DNA from: an uncultured delta proteobacterium
GTDB lineage: Bacteria; Desulfobacterota; Binatia; HRBIN30; BPIQ01
Direction of reading: 5' to 3'
Assembly (NCBI GenBank): GCA_963761335.1
Contig: CAVXGR010000005.1
Location: 96,001 to 160,000 of the forward strand
DNA length: 64,000 bases
The notes beneath the pieces were generated by a model. It was not told where the DNA came from and ran no database searches. It saw only the letters and a program-made list of their open reading frames with translations. Positions 1-12,070 of this stretch are shown here, piece by piece (position 1 is the stretch's first letter; every line of letters begins with the position of its first letter). Position numbers and translations under genes: made by a program.

Positions 1-1373
<1,373 letters not shown>

Positions 1374-1377
<4 letters not shown>

Positions 1378-2765
1378 TTCACCTCCCCGTCGTGCGATTC
1401 GGCCAGGCTGTGCCAGCCGCCGATCGCGTTCACCAGTCGGTCGGCCTCGGACGGTCCCCAGGAGCCCGGCTCGTAGTCGTGGAGCGGCGTGACGTCGCCG
1501 AGGATCGGGTCGACGATTGCCCAGGCGGCCTCGACCTCGTCCTGGCGCGCGAACAGGGTGGCGTCGCCGGTCATGGCGTCTCCCAGCAGCCGCTCGTAGG
1601 CCTCCATCTCGTCGCCGTGAGGATGGTGGACGACGCGCAGCTCGGTCGGCTCGCCGATCATGCGCTCACCGGGATGCTTGATGCGCGCCCCGATGCCGAT
1701 GGTGACCTCCGGGCTCAGCCGAAAGCGCACGTAGTTGCTCTCTCCCGGAGCGAGATGCGTCAGCGGCGGCCGCTTGAGCGTGACCATCACCTCGGTGGTG
1801 GTCATCGGTAGGCACTTGCCGGCGCGAATGAAGAACGGCACTCCCTCCCATCGCCACGAGTCGATGCACAGGCGCACGGCGGCGAAGGTCTCGACGTCGG
1901 AGCTCGCGGCCACGCCCGGCTCCTGGCGATAGCCGCGGAACTGGCCGCGCACCGTCGACTCCGGATCGAGGGGACGGATGGTGCGGAACACCTTGACCTG
2001 CTCGTCGCGGATCGATTCGTGGTAGGTGGTGGCGGGCGGCTCCATGGCGAGGAAGCTGACGACCTGCAGCATGTGGTTCTGAATCACGTCGCGGATCGCG
2101 CCGGTCTCGTCGTAGAAGCGCCCGCGCCCCTGCACCCCGAAGCTCTCCGCCATGGTGATCTGCACGCAATGCACGTAGTTGCGGTTCCAGATCGGCTCCA
2201 GAAAGATGTTGGCGAAGCGGAAGAGCAGGAGGTTCTGCACCGGCTCCTTGCCGAGGTAGTGGTCGATGCGAAAGATCGCCGACTCGTCGAACACCGAGTG
2301 CAGCGTCCGGTTCAGCTCGCGCGCCGATTCGAGATTGCGACCGAACGGCTTCTCGAGAATCACTCGCGCCTGCTGCGCGGCGCCCGATTGGGACAGGCCT
2401 TCGACCACGGTGGCGAACATGCTGGGCGGGATGGCGAGGTAGTGCGCCGGCCGCTCGGCGTCGCCGATCTCCTTGCGCAGCGCCTCATACGTTGCCGGGT
2501 CGCGGTAGTCGCCGTCCACGTAGCGAAGCCGATGGAGGAGGCTGGCCAGGGCGGCGTCGTCGGGCGGACAGCCGTGTTTCTCGATGCTGTCGCGCGCCCG
2601 ATCGCGCAGCTGGTCGAGCGTCCAGCCGGACTTGGCGACGCCGATCACCGGAACCGCGAGATGCCCGCGGCGGGCCATGGCGTGCAGCGCCGGAAAGATC
2701 TTTTTGTAGGCGAGGTCGCCGGTGGCCCCGAAGAAGACGAGCGCGTCGGAGTGGTCCGGGGTCAT
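1374..2765 (-). CDS. zwf: Glucose-6-phosphate 1-dehydrogenase
   Basis: GATGDLA, EKPFG and RIDHYLGKE motifs; start MTPDHS overlaps the gnd stop (ATGA). Confidence 0.96.
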
Positions 2766-3781
2766 TTCGCCGGGCTCTTCTCGCGGTGGCCGCCGAACTG
2801 GTAGCGCATGGCCGACAGCAGCCGGTCCTGGAAGTCGGCCTCGCCGCGCGAGCTGAAGCGCTCGAAGAGCGCCGCCGCCAGGACGTGCGCCGGCACGGCC
2901 TCCTCGATGGCCGCCTCCAAGGTCCAGCGTCCCTCGCCGGAGTCCGACACGCGCCCTTGGAACTTTGCCAGACCGGGGTCGCCGGTGAGGGCCGCGGCGG
3001 TGAGATCGAGAAGCCAGGAGGCGATGACGCTGCCGCGGCGCCACACCTCGGCGATGTCGGGGAGGTCGAGGTCGTACTGGTAGTACTGCGGGTCGCGCAG
3101 GGGCGTGGTCTCGGCGTCGGCGGTCTGCGCCCGCGCCCCGACGTTGGCGTGGCGGAGGATGTTGAAGCCCTCGGCGTACGCCGCCATCAGCCCGTACTCG
3201 ATGCCGTTGTGCACCATCTTCACGAAGTGCCCGGCGCCGTTGGGCCCGCAGTGCAGATACCCCTGCTCGGCGGTGCCGCCGCGCTTCTCGCGTCCGGGGG
3301 TGCGCTCGAGGGTGCCGGCCCCGGGCGCCAGGGCAGCGAAGAGGGGATCGAGGCGGCGGACCACCTCGGTCTCGCCGCCGATCATCAGGCAGTAGCCGCG
3401 CTCCAGCCCCCAGACGCCGCCGCTGGTGCCGCAGTCGACGTAGTGGATGCCGTGCGCCGACAGGCGCTTGGCGCGGTCGACGTCGTCCCGATAGTAGGAG
3501 TTGCCGCCGTCGATCACCGCGTCGCCTCTGTCGAGCAGCGGTACCAGCTGCTCGAGCGTCGAGTCGACCACCGCCGCCGGCACCATGAGCCAGACGGCCC
3601 GGGGTTTCTCCAGTCGCTGCACGAAGTCGCCGAGCGAGGAGCTGGCGACCGCACCCTCGCGAGCCATGGTCTGCACGGTGTCCTGGGAAACGTCGCGAAC
3701 CACGCACTGGTGTCCGCCGCGTATCAGTCGCCGCACCATGTTGGCGCCCATGCGCCCGAGACCGATCATTCCGACTTGCAT
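2762..3781 (-). CDS. gnd: 6-phosphogluconate dehydrogenase (decarboxylating, short type)
   Basis: [25 protein letters not shown] and SDSGEGRW motifs; AGGAG RBS. Confidence 0.96.
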   Translation of the reverse strand: MQVGMIGLGRMGANMVRRLIRGGHQCVVRDVSQDTVQTMAREGAVASSSLGDFVQRLEKPRAVWLMVPAAVVDSTLEQLVPLLDRGDAVIDGGNSYYRDDVDRAKRLSAHGIHYVDCGTSGGVWGLERGYCLMIGGETEVVRRLDPLFAALAPGAGTLERTPGREKRGGTAEQGYLHCGPNGAGHFVKMVHNGIEYGLMAAYAEGFNILRHANVGARAQTADAETTPLRDPQYYQYDLDLPDIAEVWRRGSVIASWLLDLTAAALTGDPGLAKFQGRVSDSGEGRWTLEAAIEEAVPAHVLAAALFERFSSRGEADFQDRLLSAMRYQFGGHREKSPAK

Positions 3782-3995
3782 TCTCTCCTCCTTTCGCTGC
3801 CGTCCGTGCCGTGGGGCTCCGCCGACAACACGGCGCGGGTATGGGAGAGCCGGCGCTCACTGGCGCCGGGCTCGTAGAGCGCGACCTCTACGGATGAAGA
3901 GCCGCCGTTCAGGCAGAGGATGCGCACCCTAGAGATGATAGCGGCTCGTGTTGCGGCGTACTACACACGCACCACTTCTGCTATGCTCCGCCGCC

Positions 3996-5168
3996 ATGCA
4001 CGAGAACGCCCGCCGCCCCCGGCTGTCGCAGCGCACCGCACACCTGCGCGAGGCCAGTCTGCTGCGGGCGCTCACCGAGAAAGTCGCTGCCCACGCCGAC
4101 GGCATCAACCTGGGACAAGGGGTGTGTGATCTGGAAATGCCGGAGGCGCTGCGCGAGGCGGCGATCCGCTCGATCCGCGAGGATCGCGCCACCTACACGC
4201 CCTTCGGCGGCGTGCCCCGGCTGCGCGAGGCGATTGCGGCGCGCATGCGCCGGCGTCACGGGCTGGAGTACGCCGCCGGGCAGGTGGTGGTGACGGTCGG
4301 CGCCTCGGCGGCGCTCTTCTCGACGTTCATGACCCTGCTCGATCCCGGCGACGAGGTGGTTCTCTTCGAGCCGTTCTATCCCTATCACTACACCGGGGCG
4401 CGGCTCGCCGGAGCCCAGGTGATCACGGTGCCATGTGGCGCCGGCGCTGCCGTCGACTGGGATGCTCTCGCCCGCGCCCTCGGCCCGCGCACGCGGCTGG
4501 TGGTGGTCAACACCCCGGGGAATCCCCTCGGCAAGGTGTGGAGTGCGGCGGAGATCGATCGGCTCGCGGCGCTGCTCCAGGGAACGGAAGCGATCGTGAT
4601 GACCGACGAGATCTACGAGGATCTCGTCTACGACGGCCGCTGCCACCTGCCGCCGGCGTCCCATCCGGATCTCTATCCGCGCACGGTGACCATCTCCGGC
4701 CTCAGCAAGGCGTACTCGATCACCGGCTGGCGCCTCGGCTGGCTGGCGGCACCAGCGGCGCTCGCCGACGCCATTGGGCCGGTCTTCGACGTCATGTGCG
4801 TGTGTGCGCCGCGGCCGCTCCAGCACGGCGCCGCCGTCGCTCTCGAGGCGCTTCCGGAGAGCTACTACACGGAGATGCGCGACACCTACGAGCGGCGACG
4901 CGACCTCCTGGCGCAGGCCCTGCGCGACGCCGGATTCCGGCCGCGGGTGCCGCAGGGCGCGTACTACATGCTCGCCGATTACAGCGAGCGCTATGGCGCG
5001 ATGCCGACTCGCGAGGCGTGTTTTCGCCTGCTCGAGGAGCTGCACATCGCCGTCATCCCCGGGGAGATCTTCTATGCCGGGGAGGCGCCGCCGGTCATCC
5101 GCTTCCACTTCGCCGTCGAGGACCGCATTCTCGAGGAGGTAGCCCGCCGCCTGCGGCGCGGCCGCTGA
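3996..5168 (+). CDS. PLP-dependent aminotransferase class I/II
   Basis: INLGQG, NTPGNPLG, DEIY and SKAYSITGWRLG (PLP lysine). Confidence 0.92.
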   Translation: MHENARRPRLSQRTAHLREASLLRALTEKVAAHADGINLGQGVCDLEMPEALREAAIRSIREDRATYTPFGGVPRLREAIAARMRRRHGLEYAAGQVVVTVGASAALFSTFMTLLDPGDEVVLFEPFYPYHYTGARLAGAQVITVPCGAGAAVDWDALARALGPRTRLVVVNTPGNPLGKVWSAAEIDRLAALLQGTEAIVMTDEIYEDLVYDGRCHLPPASHPDLYPRTVTISGLSKAYSITGWRLGWLAAPAALADAIGPVFDVMCVCAPRPLQHGAAVALEALPESYYTEMRDTYERRRDLLAQALRDAGFRPRVPQGAYYMLADYSERYGAMPTREACFRLLEELHIAVIPGEIFYAGEAPPVIRFHFAVEDRILEEVARRLRRGR

Positions 5169-5175
5169 GCTGCCC

Positions 5176-6546
5176 GTGTGGCGACGTTTCGGAGCCGACG
5201 AGGCGATGGCCTTGATGCTCGTCCCGCTGAGCGTCACCGTCGGCCGTTCCGGGAACCCGTGGCTCGACGCCGCTCTCTTCGCGTCGCTGGCACTCGGTGC
5301 CCTCTGGTCGGCGCCTGCGGGGGTCGCGGCGCTGGTGGCCGGCGCCATGCTCAGTCCTTTCATCATCCCCACCGGCACGAAGACCGATCTCAACTTCCCC
5401 TTTCTGCTCGGCGCCGTCCTCGGCGCCGGCTGGCTGGCGCGAGCGTTGTGGCGGCGCGATCGCCGCATCGCCTTCACTGCGGTTACCGTGGCCCTGCTCT
5501 GCACGGTGGGGGCCGCCGGGTTGGCGTTTGCGGCCGCGAATCTGCCCTGGCTGGGTGTCTCCGCGTACAACGCCCCCCTGATGGCGCAGCTCGGCGGCGT
5601 GGCGGTATTCGCCGTTTGCGCAGCCGTCTTCCTGAGCGCCGCCGAGGTGGCGCGCGATCCGGTATGGCTGCGGCGGGTCGCCTTTCTCTTTCTGATCCTG
5701 GGCGGCGCCTACATCGTCAGCCGGTTGGTTCCGGAGCTGTATGCCGGGGTGTCCGCATACGAGAGCGCCGCCAGCGGTAGCCTTTTCTGGACCTGGCTGG
5801 TGCCGCTCGCCGCGGGCCAGGCGGCTTTCAACGCGCGACTGAACCCCGGCTGGCGCCTGGCGCTGGCGTTCCTGGTGGTCATTACCTTCTTCGTCGCTCT
5901 GACGCAGAACCGCACCTGGTCCTCGGGTTGGGTCCCGCCGGCGGCGGCGCTGGCGGTGATGCTGTGCGTCGGGATGCCGCGAATCGGCATCGCCGCCGTG
6001 CTCGCGGTGGCGGTGGCGGTCGCCACTCAGTGGAGTCACTTCGAGGAATTCATGCTCGCCGGCGACAACGCCTACAGCCTGCGGACGCGCCAGGAGGCAT
6101 TCTCCATCGTCATGCAGATGGTGCGCGCTCACCCGGTGCTCGGCCTGGGGCCGGCGAACTACTATCACCACACGCCGCTGTTCCCGATCGAGGGCTGGTA
6201 CGTGAAGTTCAGCTCGCACGACAACTGGATGGACATCGCGGCGCAGACGGGCATCGTCGGCCTGGCGAGCTTCATCTCCTTCTTCGCGCTCATCGCCTAT
6301 CGCGGCTGGCGCACGGTGCGCGCCGCGGCGCCGGGGTTTCCGCGGGCCTACGCCTGCGCCGCCATGGGCGGCATCGCCGGCACCCTGGTGGCGGCGACGC
6401 TCGCCGACTGGGTGATTCCCTTCGTGTACAACATCGGCATCAACGGATTCCGCTCCAGCGTCTTCGGCTGGGTGTTTCTCGGCGGCCTCCTCGGGCTCTC
6501 TCTGGCGGTCCGGGAACAGTTCCGGGTCGTCGCTGCTGGGAACTGA
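5176..6546 (+). CDS. O-antigen ligase/Wzy_C family membrane protein
   Basis: Multi-TM protein with HPVLGLGPANY and SHDNWMDIAAQTGIVG, typical of the family; start uncertain. Confidence 0.75.
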   Translation: MWRRFGADEAMALMLVPLSVTVGRSGNPWLDAALFASLALGALWSAPAGVAALVAGAMLSPFIIPTGTKTDLNFPFLLGAVLGAGWLARALWRRDRRIAFTAVTVALLCTVGAAGLAFAAANLPWLGVSAYNAPLMAQLGGVAVFAVCAAVFLSAAEVARDPVWLRRVAFLFLILGGAYIVSRLVPELYAGVSAYESAASGSLFWTWLVPLAAGQAAFNARLNPGWRLALAFLVVITFFVALTQNRTWSSGWVPPAAALAVMLCVGMPRIGIAAVLAVAVAVATQWSHFEEFMLAGDNAYSLRTRQEAFSIVMQMVRAHPVLGLGPANYYHHTPLFPIEGWYVKFSSHDNWMDIAAQTGIVGLASFISFFALIAYRGWRTVRAAAPGFPRAYACAAMGGIAGTLVAATLADWVIPFVYNIGINGFRSSVFGWVFLGGLLGLSLAVREQFRVVAAGN

Positions 6547-6564
6547 ACCCAGAGGCGCCGCCGT

Positions 6565-8931
6565 TCAATCGCGCGGCCGCCACTTCCAGTTGCGGATCTC
6601 CGGCATGTCCTCGCCGTGCTTGTAGATGTACTCCTTGTGCTCGATGAGCTTGTCGCGCATTGCCTGCTTGGCGTAGGCGGCGCGACCGCCGAGCTGCGGC
6701 AGGCGGTCGACGACGTCGCCGACGAGGTGGAAGCGGTCGAGGTCGTTCATCACCGCCATGTCGAAGGGCGTGGTGATGGTGCCCTCTTCCTTGTAGCCGC
6801 GCACGTGGAGGTTCTTGTGGTTCGTGCGCCGGTAGGTGAGGCGGTGGATGAGCCATGGATAGCCGTGGTAGGCGAAGATGATCGGCTTGTTGCGGGTGAA
6901 GATGACGTCGAAGTCGTGATCGCTGAGGCCGTGCGGGTGCTCGCTCGGCGGCTGGAGCTTCATCAGATCGACGACGTTGACGACGCGAACCTTGAGCTCC
7001 GGCAGGTGCTCGCGCAGCATCTGGACCGCCGCCAGCGTCTCCAGGCTCGGCACGTCGCCGGCGCAGGCCATGACCACATCCGGCTCGAACCCCCGGTCGT
7101 TGCTGGCCCACTCCCAGATGCCGATGCCGGCGGTGCAGTGCTTCACCGCCGACTCCATGTCCAGCCACTGCGGTGCGGGGTGCTTGCCGGCGACGATGAC
7201 GTTGACGTAGTGGCGGCTGCGCAGGCAGTGGTCCGCCACCGACAGCAGGCAGTTGGCGTCCGGCGGCAGGTAGACCCGGATGATCTCAGCCTTCTTGTTG
7301 ACGACGTGGTCGATGAATCCCGGATCCTGATGCGTGAAGCCGTTTTGGTCCTGCCGCCACACGTGCGAGGCGAGCAGGATGTTGAGCGAGGCGATCGGCC
7401 GGCGCCAGGGGATGTGGCGGGTCACCTTCAGCCACTTGGCGTGCTGGTTGAACATCGAGTCGATGATGTGGATGAAGGCTTCGTAGCAGTTGAACAGGCC
7501 GTGGCGGCCGGTCAGCAGGTAGCCCTCGAGCCATCCCTCGCACTGGTGCTCGCTCAGCATCTCGAGGACGCGCCCGCTGGGTGCCAGGTAGTCGTCGGTC
7601 GGCAGGATGTCCTCCTCCCACTGCCGATTGGTCGCCTCGAAGACGCTGGTGAGCCGGTTCGACACCGTCTCGTCCGGCCCGAAGAGGCGGAAGTTCCTCG
7701 CCTCCTGGTTGAGCTTGATGACGTCGCGCAGGAAGCCGCCGAGGACGCGTGTATCCTCCGCCTCGACGCCGCCGGGGTTGGGAACCGCGACGGCGTAGTC
7801 GCGGAAATCAGGAATGCGCAGAGGGCGGAGGAGAACCCCGCCGTTGGCGTGCGGATTGGCCCCCATGCGCCGCTCACCGGCCGGCGCCAGCTCGGCGAGA
7901 TCATCGCGCAGGCGGCCGTCGCCGTCGAAGAGCTCCTCGGGCCGGTAGCTCCGCATCCAGCTCTGGAGCATCTGCAGGTGCTCCGGATGCTCGCTCGGCT
8001 GGGAGAGCGGTACCTGATGGGCGCGGAAGGTGCCCTCGACCTGCTTCCCGTCGACCACCTTGGGGCCGGTCCAGCCCTTGGGCGAGCGCAGCACGATCAT
8101 CGGCCAGCGCGGGCGCGCCGTGGCTCCGTCCTGCCGCGCCTCTTTCTGGATGCGCTTGATCTCGCCGATCACCTGGTCGAGCGTCGACGCCATCGCCCGG
8201 TGCATTGGCTCGGGCTCGTCCCCCTCGACGAAGTACGGGGTGTAGCCGCAGCCGACGAAGTACTGGGTCAGCTCGTCGTGGGTCAGGCGCGCCAGCACGG
8301 CGGGGTTGGCGATCTTGTAGCCGTTCAGATGCAGGATCGGCAGCACAGCGCCATCGTGTACGGGATCGAGGAACTTGTTCGACTGCCAGCTGGTCGCCAG
8401 CGGTCCGGTCTCCGCCTCGCCGTCGCCGACGACGGCGGCAACGATCAGCTCCGGGTTGTCGAACGCGGCGCCGAAGGCGTGCGAGAGGCTGTAGCCGAGC
8501 TCGCCGCCCTCGTGGATGGAGCCCGGCGTCTCCGGCGAGACATGGCTGGGAATGCCGCCGGGAAAGGAGAACTGCGTGAACAGCCGCTTCAGCCCCTCCT
8601 CGTCGCGGGAGATGTTCGGGTACAGCTCGCTGTAGGTTCCCTCCAGGTAGGTCTGGGCCACCAGCGCCGGCCCTCCGTGCCCGGGTCCGGCGATGTAGAT
8701 CATGCACAGGTCGTGTTCCTTGATCACGCGATTCAGGTGCACGTAGATGAAGTTCTGCCCCGGGGTCGTCCCCCAGTGACCGAGCAGGCGCGGCTTGACG
8801 TGCTCGAGCTTCAGCGGCTCGCGCAGCAGCGGGTTGTCCAACAGGTAGATCTGCCCCACCGATAGATAGTTCGCCGCCCTCCAGTAGGCGTCCATCTTCC
8901 GGAGGAGATCCTTTGAAGGTGTCTGTGACAT
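6565..8931 (-). CDS. xfp: Phosphoketolase (xylulose-5-P/fructose-6-P)
   Basis: [23 protein letters not shown] and [12 protein letters not shown] motifs; GGAGGA RBS. Confidence 0.96.
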   Translation of the reverse strand: MSQTPSKDLLRKMDAYWRAANYLSVGQIYLLDNPLLREPLKLEHVKPRLLGHWGTTPGQNFIYVHLNRVIKEHDLCMIYIAGPGHGGPALVAQTYLEGTYSELYPNISRDEEGLKRLFTQFSFPGGIPSHVSPETPGSIHEGGELGYSLSHAFGAAFDNPELIVAAVVGDGEAETGPLATSWQSNKFLDPVHDGAVLPILHLNGYKIANPAVLARLTHDELTQYFVGCGYTPYFVEGDEPEPMHRAMASTLDQVIGEIKRIQKEARQDGATARPRWPMIVLRSPKGWTGPKVVDGKQVEGTFRAHQVPLSQPSEHPEHLQMLQSWMRSYRPEELFDGDGRLRDDLAELAPAGERRMGANPHANGGVLLRPLRIPDFRDYAVAVPNPGGVEAEDTRVLGGFLRDVIKLNQEARNFRLFGPDETVSNRLTSVFEATNRQWEEDILPTDDYLAPSGRVLEMLSEHQCEGWLEGYLLTGRHGLFNCYEAFIHIIDSMFNQHAKWLKVTRHIPWRRPIASLNILLASHVWRQDQNGFTHQDPGFIDHVVNKKAEIIRVYLPPDANCLLSVADHCLRSRHYVNVIVAGKHPAPQWLDMESAVKHCTAGIGIWEWASNDRGFEPDVVMACAGDVPSLETLAAVQMLREHLPELKVRVVNVVDLMKLQPPSEHPHGLSDHDFDVIFTRNKPIIFAYHGYPWLIHRLTYRRTNHKNLHVRGYKEEGTITTPFDMAVMNDLDRFHLVGDVVDRLPQLGGRAAYAKQAMRDKLIEHKEYIYKHGEDMPEIRNWKWRPRD

Positions 8932-8997
8932 CGGTCCTCCTCTTCAGCGACGATCCTACACCTTTGAGGAGGACAGTGAAGTCGGCAAGGGCGGCCC

Positions 8998-9810
8998 TCA
9001 GCGGTCGTACATCGCCCGGGTCGTGCGGCTCATGATCTGCACCAGCGCCCGCCGCGGCAGGAGGCGGTGCATGACCGCGGCGGCCAGGCGATTGGTGCGG
9101 CCGGCAATGTGCGTCGGACCTCGACCGAGCGCGGCGAGGGCTTCGGCGACCGTCTCCTCGGGGCTCATCAGCGGCGGCGAGATGCGCCCGGTGGGGCGGG
9201 GCTTGGTGGCGAGAAAGGCGGGCGTGCTGGTGGCGCCCGGGCAGAAGGCGAGCACGTCGACGCCGCGTTCCCTGAGCTCCTCCCAGAGTGCCTCGCCGAG
9301 CACCAGGTCGAACGCCTTGGTGGCCGCGTAGGTTCCGACCATCGCATGCCCCTGAAAGCCGGAGAGCGAGGCGACCACGATGATGCCGCCGCGACCGCGC
9401 GCCGCCATCTGTCCGCCGAAGTGATCGCAGAGAACCAGCGGCCCGCGACAGTTGACGTCGAGCATGCGCAGCTTCTCCTCCACGGGGACGTCCAGGAAGC
9501 GTCCGACCACGGAGTGGGCAGCGTTGTAGACCAGCAGGCCGATCTCGAGGTCTGCGGTCTCAGCGGCGATTCGCTCGAGGCCGGCCGGGTCGGCCAGGTC
9601 GGCGAGCACGGCCCGCGTCTGCACCCGGTGCTCGGTGGCCAGCGCGCTCGCCAGGGTGGCGAGCGGCTCGGCGGCCTCGGCGACCAGCACCACGTTGAGC
9701 CCCTTCTGCGCCAGCTGGCGCGAGTACGCGGCGCCCATTCCCAGCGAGCCCCCCGCCACCAGAGCCCACGGCCCGTAGCGGGCAGCGAACGATCCCGACC
9801 TCTCGGACAT
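8998..9810 (-). CDS. Short-chain dehydrogenase/reductase
   Basis: GGSLGMG, NAA and YAATK; start set at MSERSG after GGGAG. Confidence 0.9.
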   Translation of the reverse strand: MSERSGSFAARYGPWALVAGGSLGMGAAYSRQLAQKGLNVVLVAEAAEPLATLASALATEHRVQTRAVLADLADPAGLERIAAETADLEIGLLVYNAAHSVVGRFLDVPVEEKLRMLDVNCRGPLVLCDHFGGQMAARGRGGIIVVASLSGFQGHAMVGTYAATKAFDLVLGEALWEELRERGVDVLAFCPGATSTPAFLATKPRPTGRISPPLMSPEETVAEALAALGRGPTHIAGRTNRLAAAVMHRLLPRRALVQIMSRTTRAMYDR

Positions 9811-9918
9811 CTCCCACCTCCCGGGCCGCGATACTGCTCCGAAAACCGACCGGGTGGAAGGGAGGCAGCGCCTTCCGAACCGTCGCGGCGAACAGTGAGG
9901 AGAGGGCATCCCGGCGCA

Positions 9919-11106
9919 TCACTGTGGGTACTGCTGCGCCAGCGCCGCGATCTCTTCCGGCGTGAGAGAGCGGTCGTAGAGCCGAAAACGGCTGATGGCT
10001 CCGTCGAGACTGCGGCTCTCGGCGATGTAGTTGGAGCCGATGTGCAGGATGGTGTCGGGTTGCACCTGAAATCCGCCCTGGTAGTGGCGCGCTCCGATCA
10101 GCTGCCCGTCGATGTAGAGAGCGTTCTGCCCGTCTCCCCAGGTGGCTGTCACCAAGCGCCATTCGTCGGGCGCCCAGGAGTCGGTCTCGTAGCTCACGTT
10201 CGCCTCGTGACCGCTGTTGTCGGCGAACACCAGACGCACGTTGGGGCCGTCCTGCCAGATCTGCACGCGATCCTCGAAGCGGTAGTGGCTGCGGAGCTGC
10301 ACGAGAGACGCCAGGCCCGCGTCCGGAGCCACGCCGTCGGGCTGTACCCAGAAGGAGATGCTGCCGCCCTCGCCGCTGAGCGCTCCGCCCACGGCAAGGG
10401 CGAACTCGGAGTCGCTGGTGAAGCGCGCGGCGTTGCTGTCGACGGACACGCCGTTGTCGACCACCGGGTCGCCGAGGGTGCGCTCCTCGCCGGGGTCGAA
10501 CAGAGAAAGGATCGGGTCGTCGGCGCTGGGCGCCTGCTCGGGAGGCGCGGGCTGCGGCGCTTGCGGCGGCTCGGTGGCGTTGCCCGGGTCCTCCTGGCGA
10601 TGGTCGGCCGATGTCGTCTTGCCGATGCCGATGGCGCCCGCCGCGGGGTTCGGCTCAACCGAGGTGGGCGGCTCTTGGACGCCCAAGCTCACCGCGGCGT
10701 CGGGGCCGCCCAACAGGCTCTTGCGGGTGGAGGTCGCCGATCGCGTCGCCTCGACGGCGCCGCGGTGACCGGCGATGACGACCGGGGCCTCGTCTGTGGC
10801 GCCCTTCGCATTGCCGGCGCTGTCGTCGCCGCCGTCCGCAGAGCTGGCCTCATCCGACGGAACGCCATTTTCCGACTGCACTGCGGCACCGGCACGGCTC
10901 CCCGAGAAACCGGCGTCTCCGTCGGTGTTGGCGAGCGGCGAGCCGTACATTCCGCCGATGGGCCTGGACGACGGCAGCAGCCGGTGCCCGGGCGCGGAGG
11001 GGTGAGAGCCGCTCGGCCACAAGAGAAAGGCGAGCGCCAGGAGACTGAAGAAGCCGCCGAGGGCGGCGGTTTCGAGAGGCGGAAATGGCGACCGATGGCG
11101 CTTCAC
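9919..11106 (-). CDS. Membrane-anchored LamG-like jellyroll domain protein
   Basis: N-terminal hydrophobic segment, Pro/Ala/Asp-rich linker, C-terminal SISFWV...WRLVTATW...LYIDG...FRLYDRSLTPEEI (LamG-like). GTG start inferred. Confidence 0.7.
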   Translation of the reverse strand: MKRHRSPFPPLETAALGGFFSLLALAFLLWPSGSHPSAPGHRLLPSSRPIGGMYGSPLANTDGDAGFSGSRAGAAVQSENGVPSDEASSADGGDDSAGNAKGATDEAPVVIAGHRGAVEATRSATSTRKSLLGGPDAAVSLGVQEPPTSVEPNPAAGAIGIGKTTSADHRQEDPGNATEPPQAPQPAPPEQAPSADDPILSLFDPGEERTLGDPVVDNGVSVDSNAARFTSDSEFALAVGGALSGEGGSISFWVQPDGVAPDAGLASLVQLRSHYRFEDRVQIWQDGPNVRLVFADNSGHEANVSYETDSWAPDEWRLVTATWGDGQNALYIDGQLIGARHYQGGFQVQPDTILHIGSNYIAESRSLDGAISRFRLYDRSLTPEEIAALAQQYPQ

Positions 11107-11187
11107 GATCAGTGTGCGAACGCGATGCGATTCTAGCGTCAATTTGAATCGGCGCAACGGTGAAAATTGCCCAGCCGCCGGGCCAAT

Positions 11188-11228
11188 GTAGAAGCGGCGT
11201 CCCGCCGCTTCGCGAAGCGCCGGGACGG
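11188..11228. repeat. GTAG-type REP doublet (family 2)
   Basis: GTAG-aagcggcg-tcc-cgccgctt hairpin followed by a partial second unit; matches copies at 30190, 41501, 44023 and 53712. Confidence 0.75.
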
Positions 11229-11230
11229 AA

Positions 11231-11303
11231 GGGGACAGGCAACTTTTGCGGACGAGATGGCTGCCAGCGTGAAATTTCGAGGCGGCAAAAGTAGCCTGTC
11301 CCC
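11231..11303. repeat. GGGGACAGGC...GCCTGTCCCC inverted-repeat element (family 3)
   Basis: ggggacaggcaactttt / aaaagtagcctgtcccc terminal inverted repeat; other copies at 26303, 41636 (half) and 51465 (degraded half). Confidence 0.8.
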
Positions 11304-11321
11304 GGCCGCCGGCGTGTCGAC

Positions 11322-11969
11322 TCAGGCGCCGGGGAGAACGTAGCGCGCCATGAAGACGAAGTGCAGGGCGCTGCCGGCGAGCACGAAGATGTGGAAGATC
11401 TCGTGATGTCCGAACGCCTGCGGAAACGGATCCGGCCGCTCGACCGCGTAGATGACCGCGCCGATGGTGTAGGCGAGGCCGCCGGCGAGCAGCCAGGCGA
11501 GCGCCTGCAGCGGAAAGTGGTGCATGAGTGGCGAGACGGCCACCACCGCGATCCAGCCCATGCCGACGTAGAGCCCTGCCGAGACGGCGTTGGGCAGGTG
11601 GTCGAAGACGATCTTGAGAACCGTGCCGGCGAGGGCGATCGCCCAGACGACGCCGAAGATGCTCCAGCCCCAACCGCCGCGCAGCGAGACCAGGCAGACC
11701 GGCGTGTAGGTTCCGGCGATGAGAACGAAGATGGCGATGTGGTCGAAGCGCCGCAGGCGGTCCTCGCCGCGAGGCGACAGGGGCAGCCAGTGGTAGATCG
11801 TGCTCGCCGAGTACAGAAGGATGAGGCTCGCCCCGTAAACGGAAAAGCCGGCGACCCGCCACGGGTTGCCGTGGGATTCCACCACCAAGGCCACCAGTCC
11901 GGCGATCGAGAGAAGCACCCCGAGGAGATGCGAGTAGGTGCTGAACGGTTCCTTGGCGCGCCACGTCAT
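11322..11969 (-). CDS. Hemolysin III / PAQR family membrane protein
   Basis: STIYH, RRFDHIAIFVLIAGTYTP and HEIFHIFVLAGSALHF. Confidence 0.93.
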   Translation of the reverse strand: MTWRAKEPFSTYSHLLGVLLSIAGLVALVVESHGNPWRVAGFSVYGASLILLYSASTIYHWLPLSPRGEDRLRRFDHIAIFVLIAGTYTPVCLVSLRGGWGWSIFGVVWAIALAGTVLKIVFDHLPNAVSAGLYVGMGWIAVVAVSPLMHHFPLQALAWLLAGGLAYTIGAVIYAVERPDPFPQAFGHHEIFHIFVLAGSALHFVFMARYVLPGA

Positions 11970-12070
11970 GGGGCTGATTGTATTCCCGCCGCTCCTCTGC
12001 GTCCAGCGGCGCCGCGGGATGCCAGGAGCGCCGCGATGCGCTAGACTCTGGCCGCACGAGGAGAAAGAGC

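Noticed and set aside
3874..3891. gtagag-cgcgac-ctctac mini-palindrome as another GTAG REP
   Set aside because: Only a 6-bp stem with no second copy seen; may be chance.
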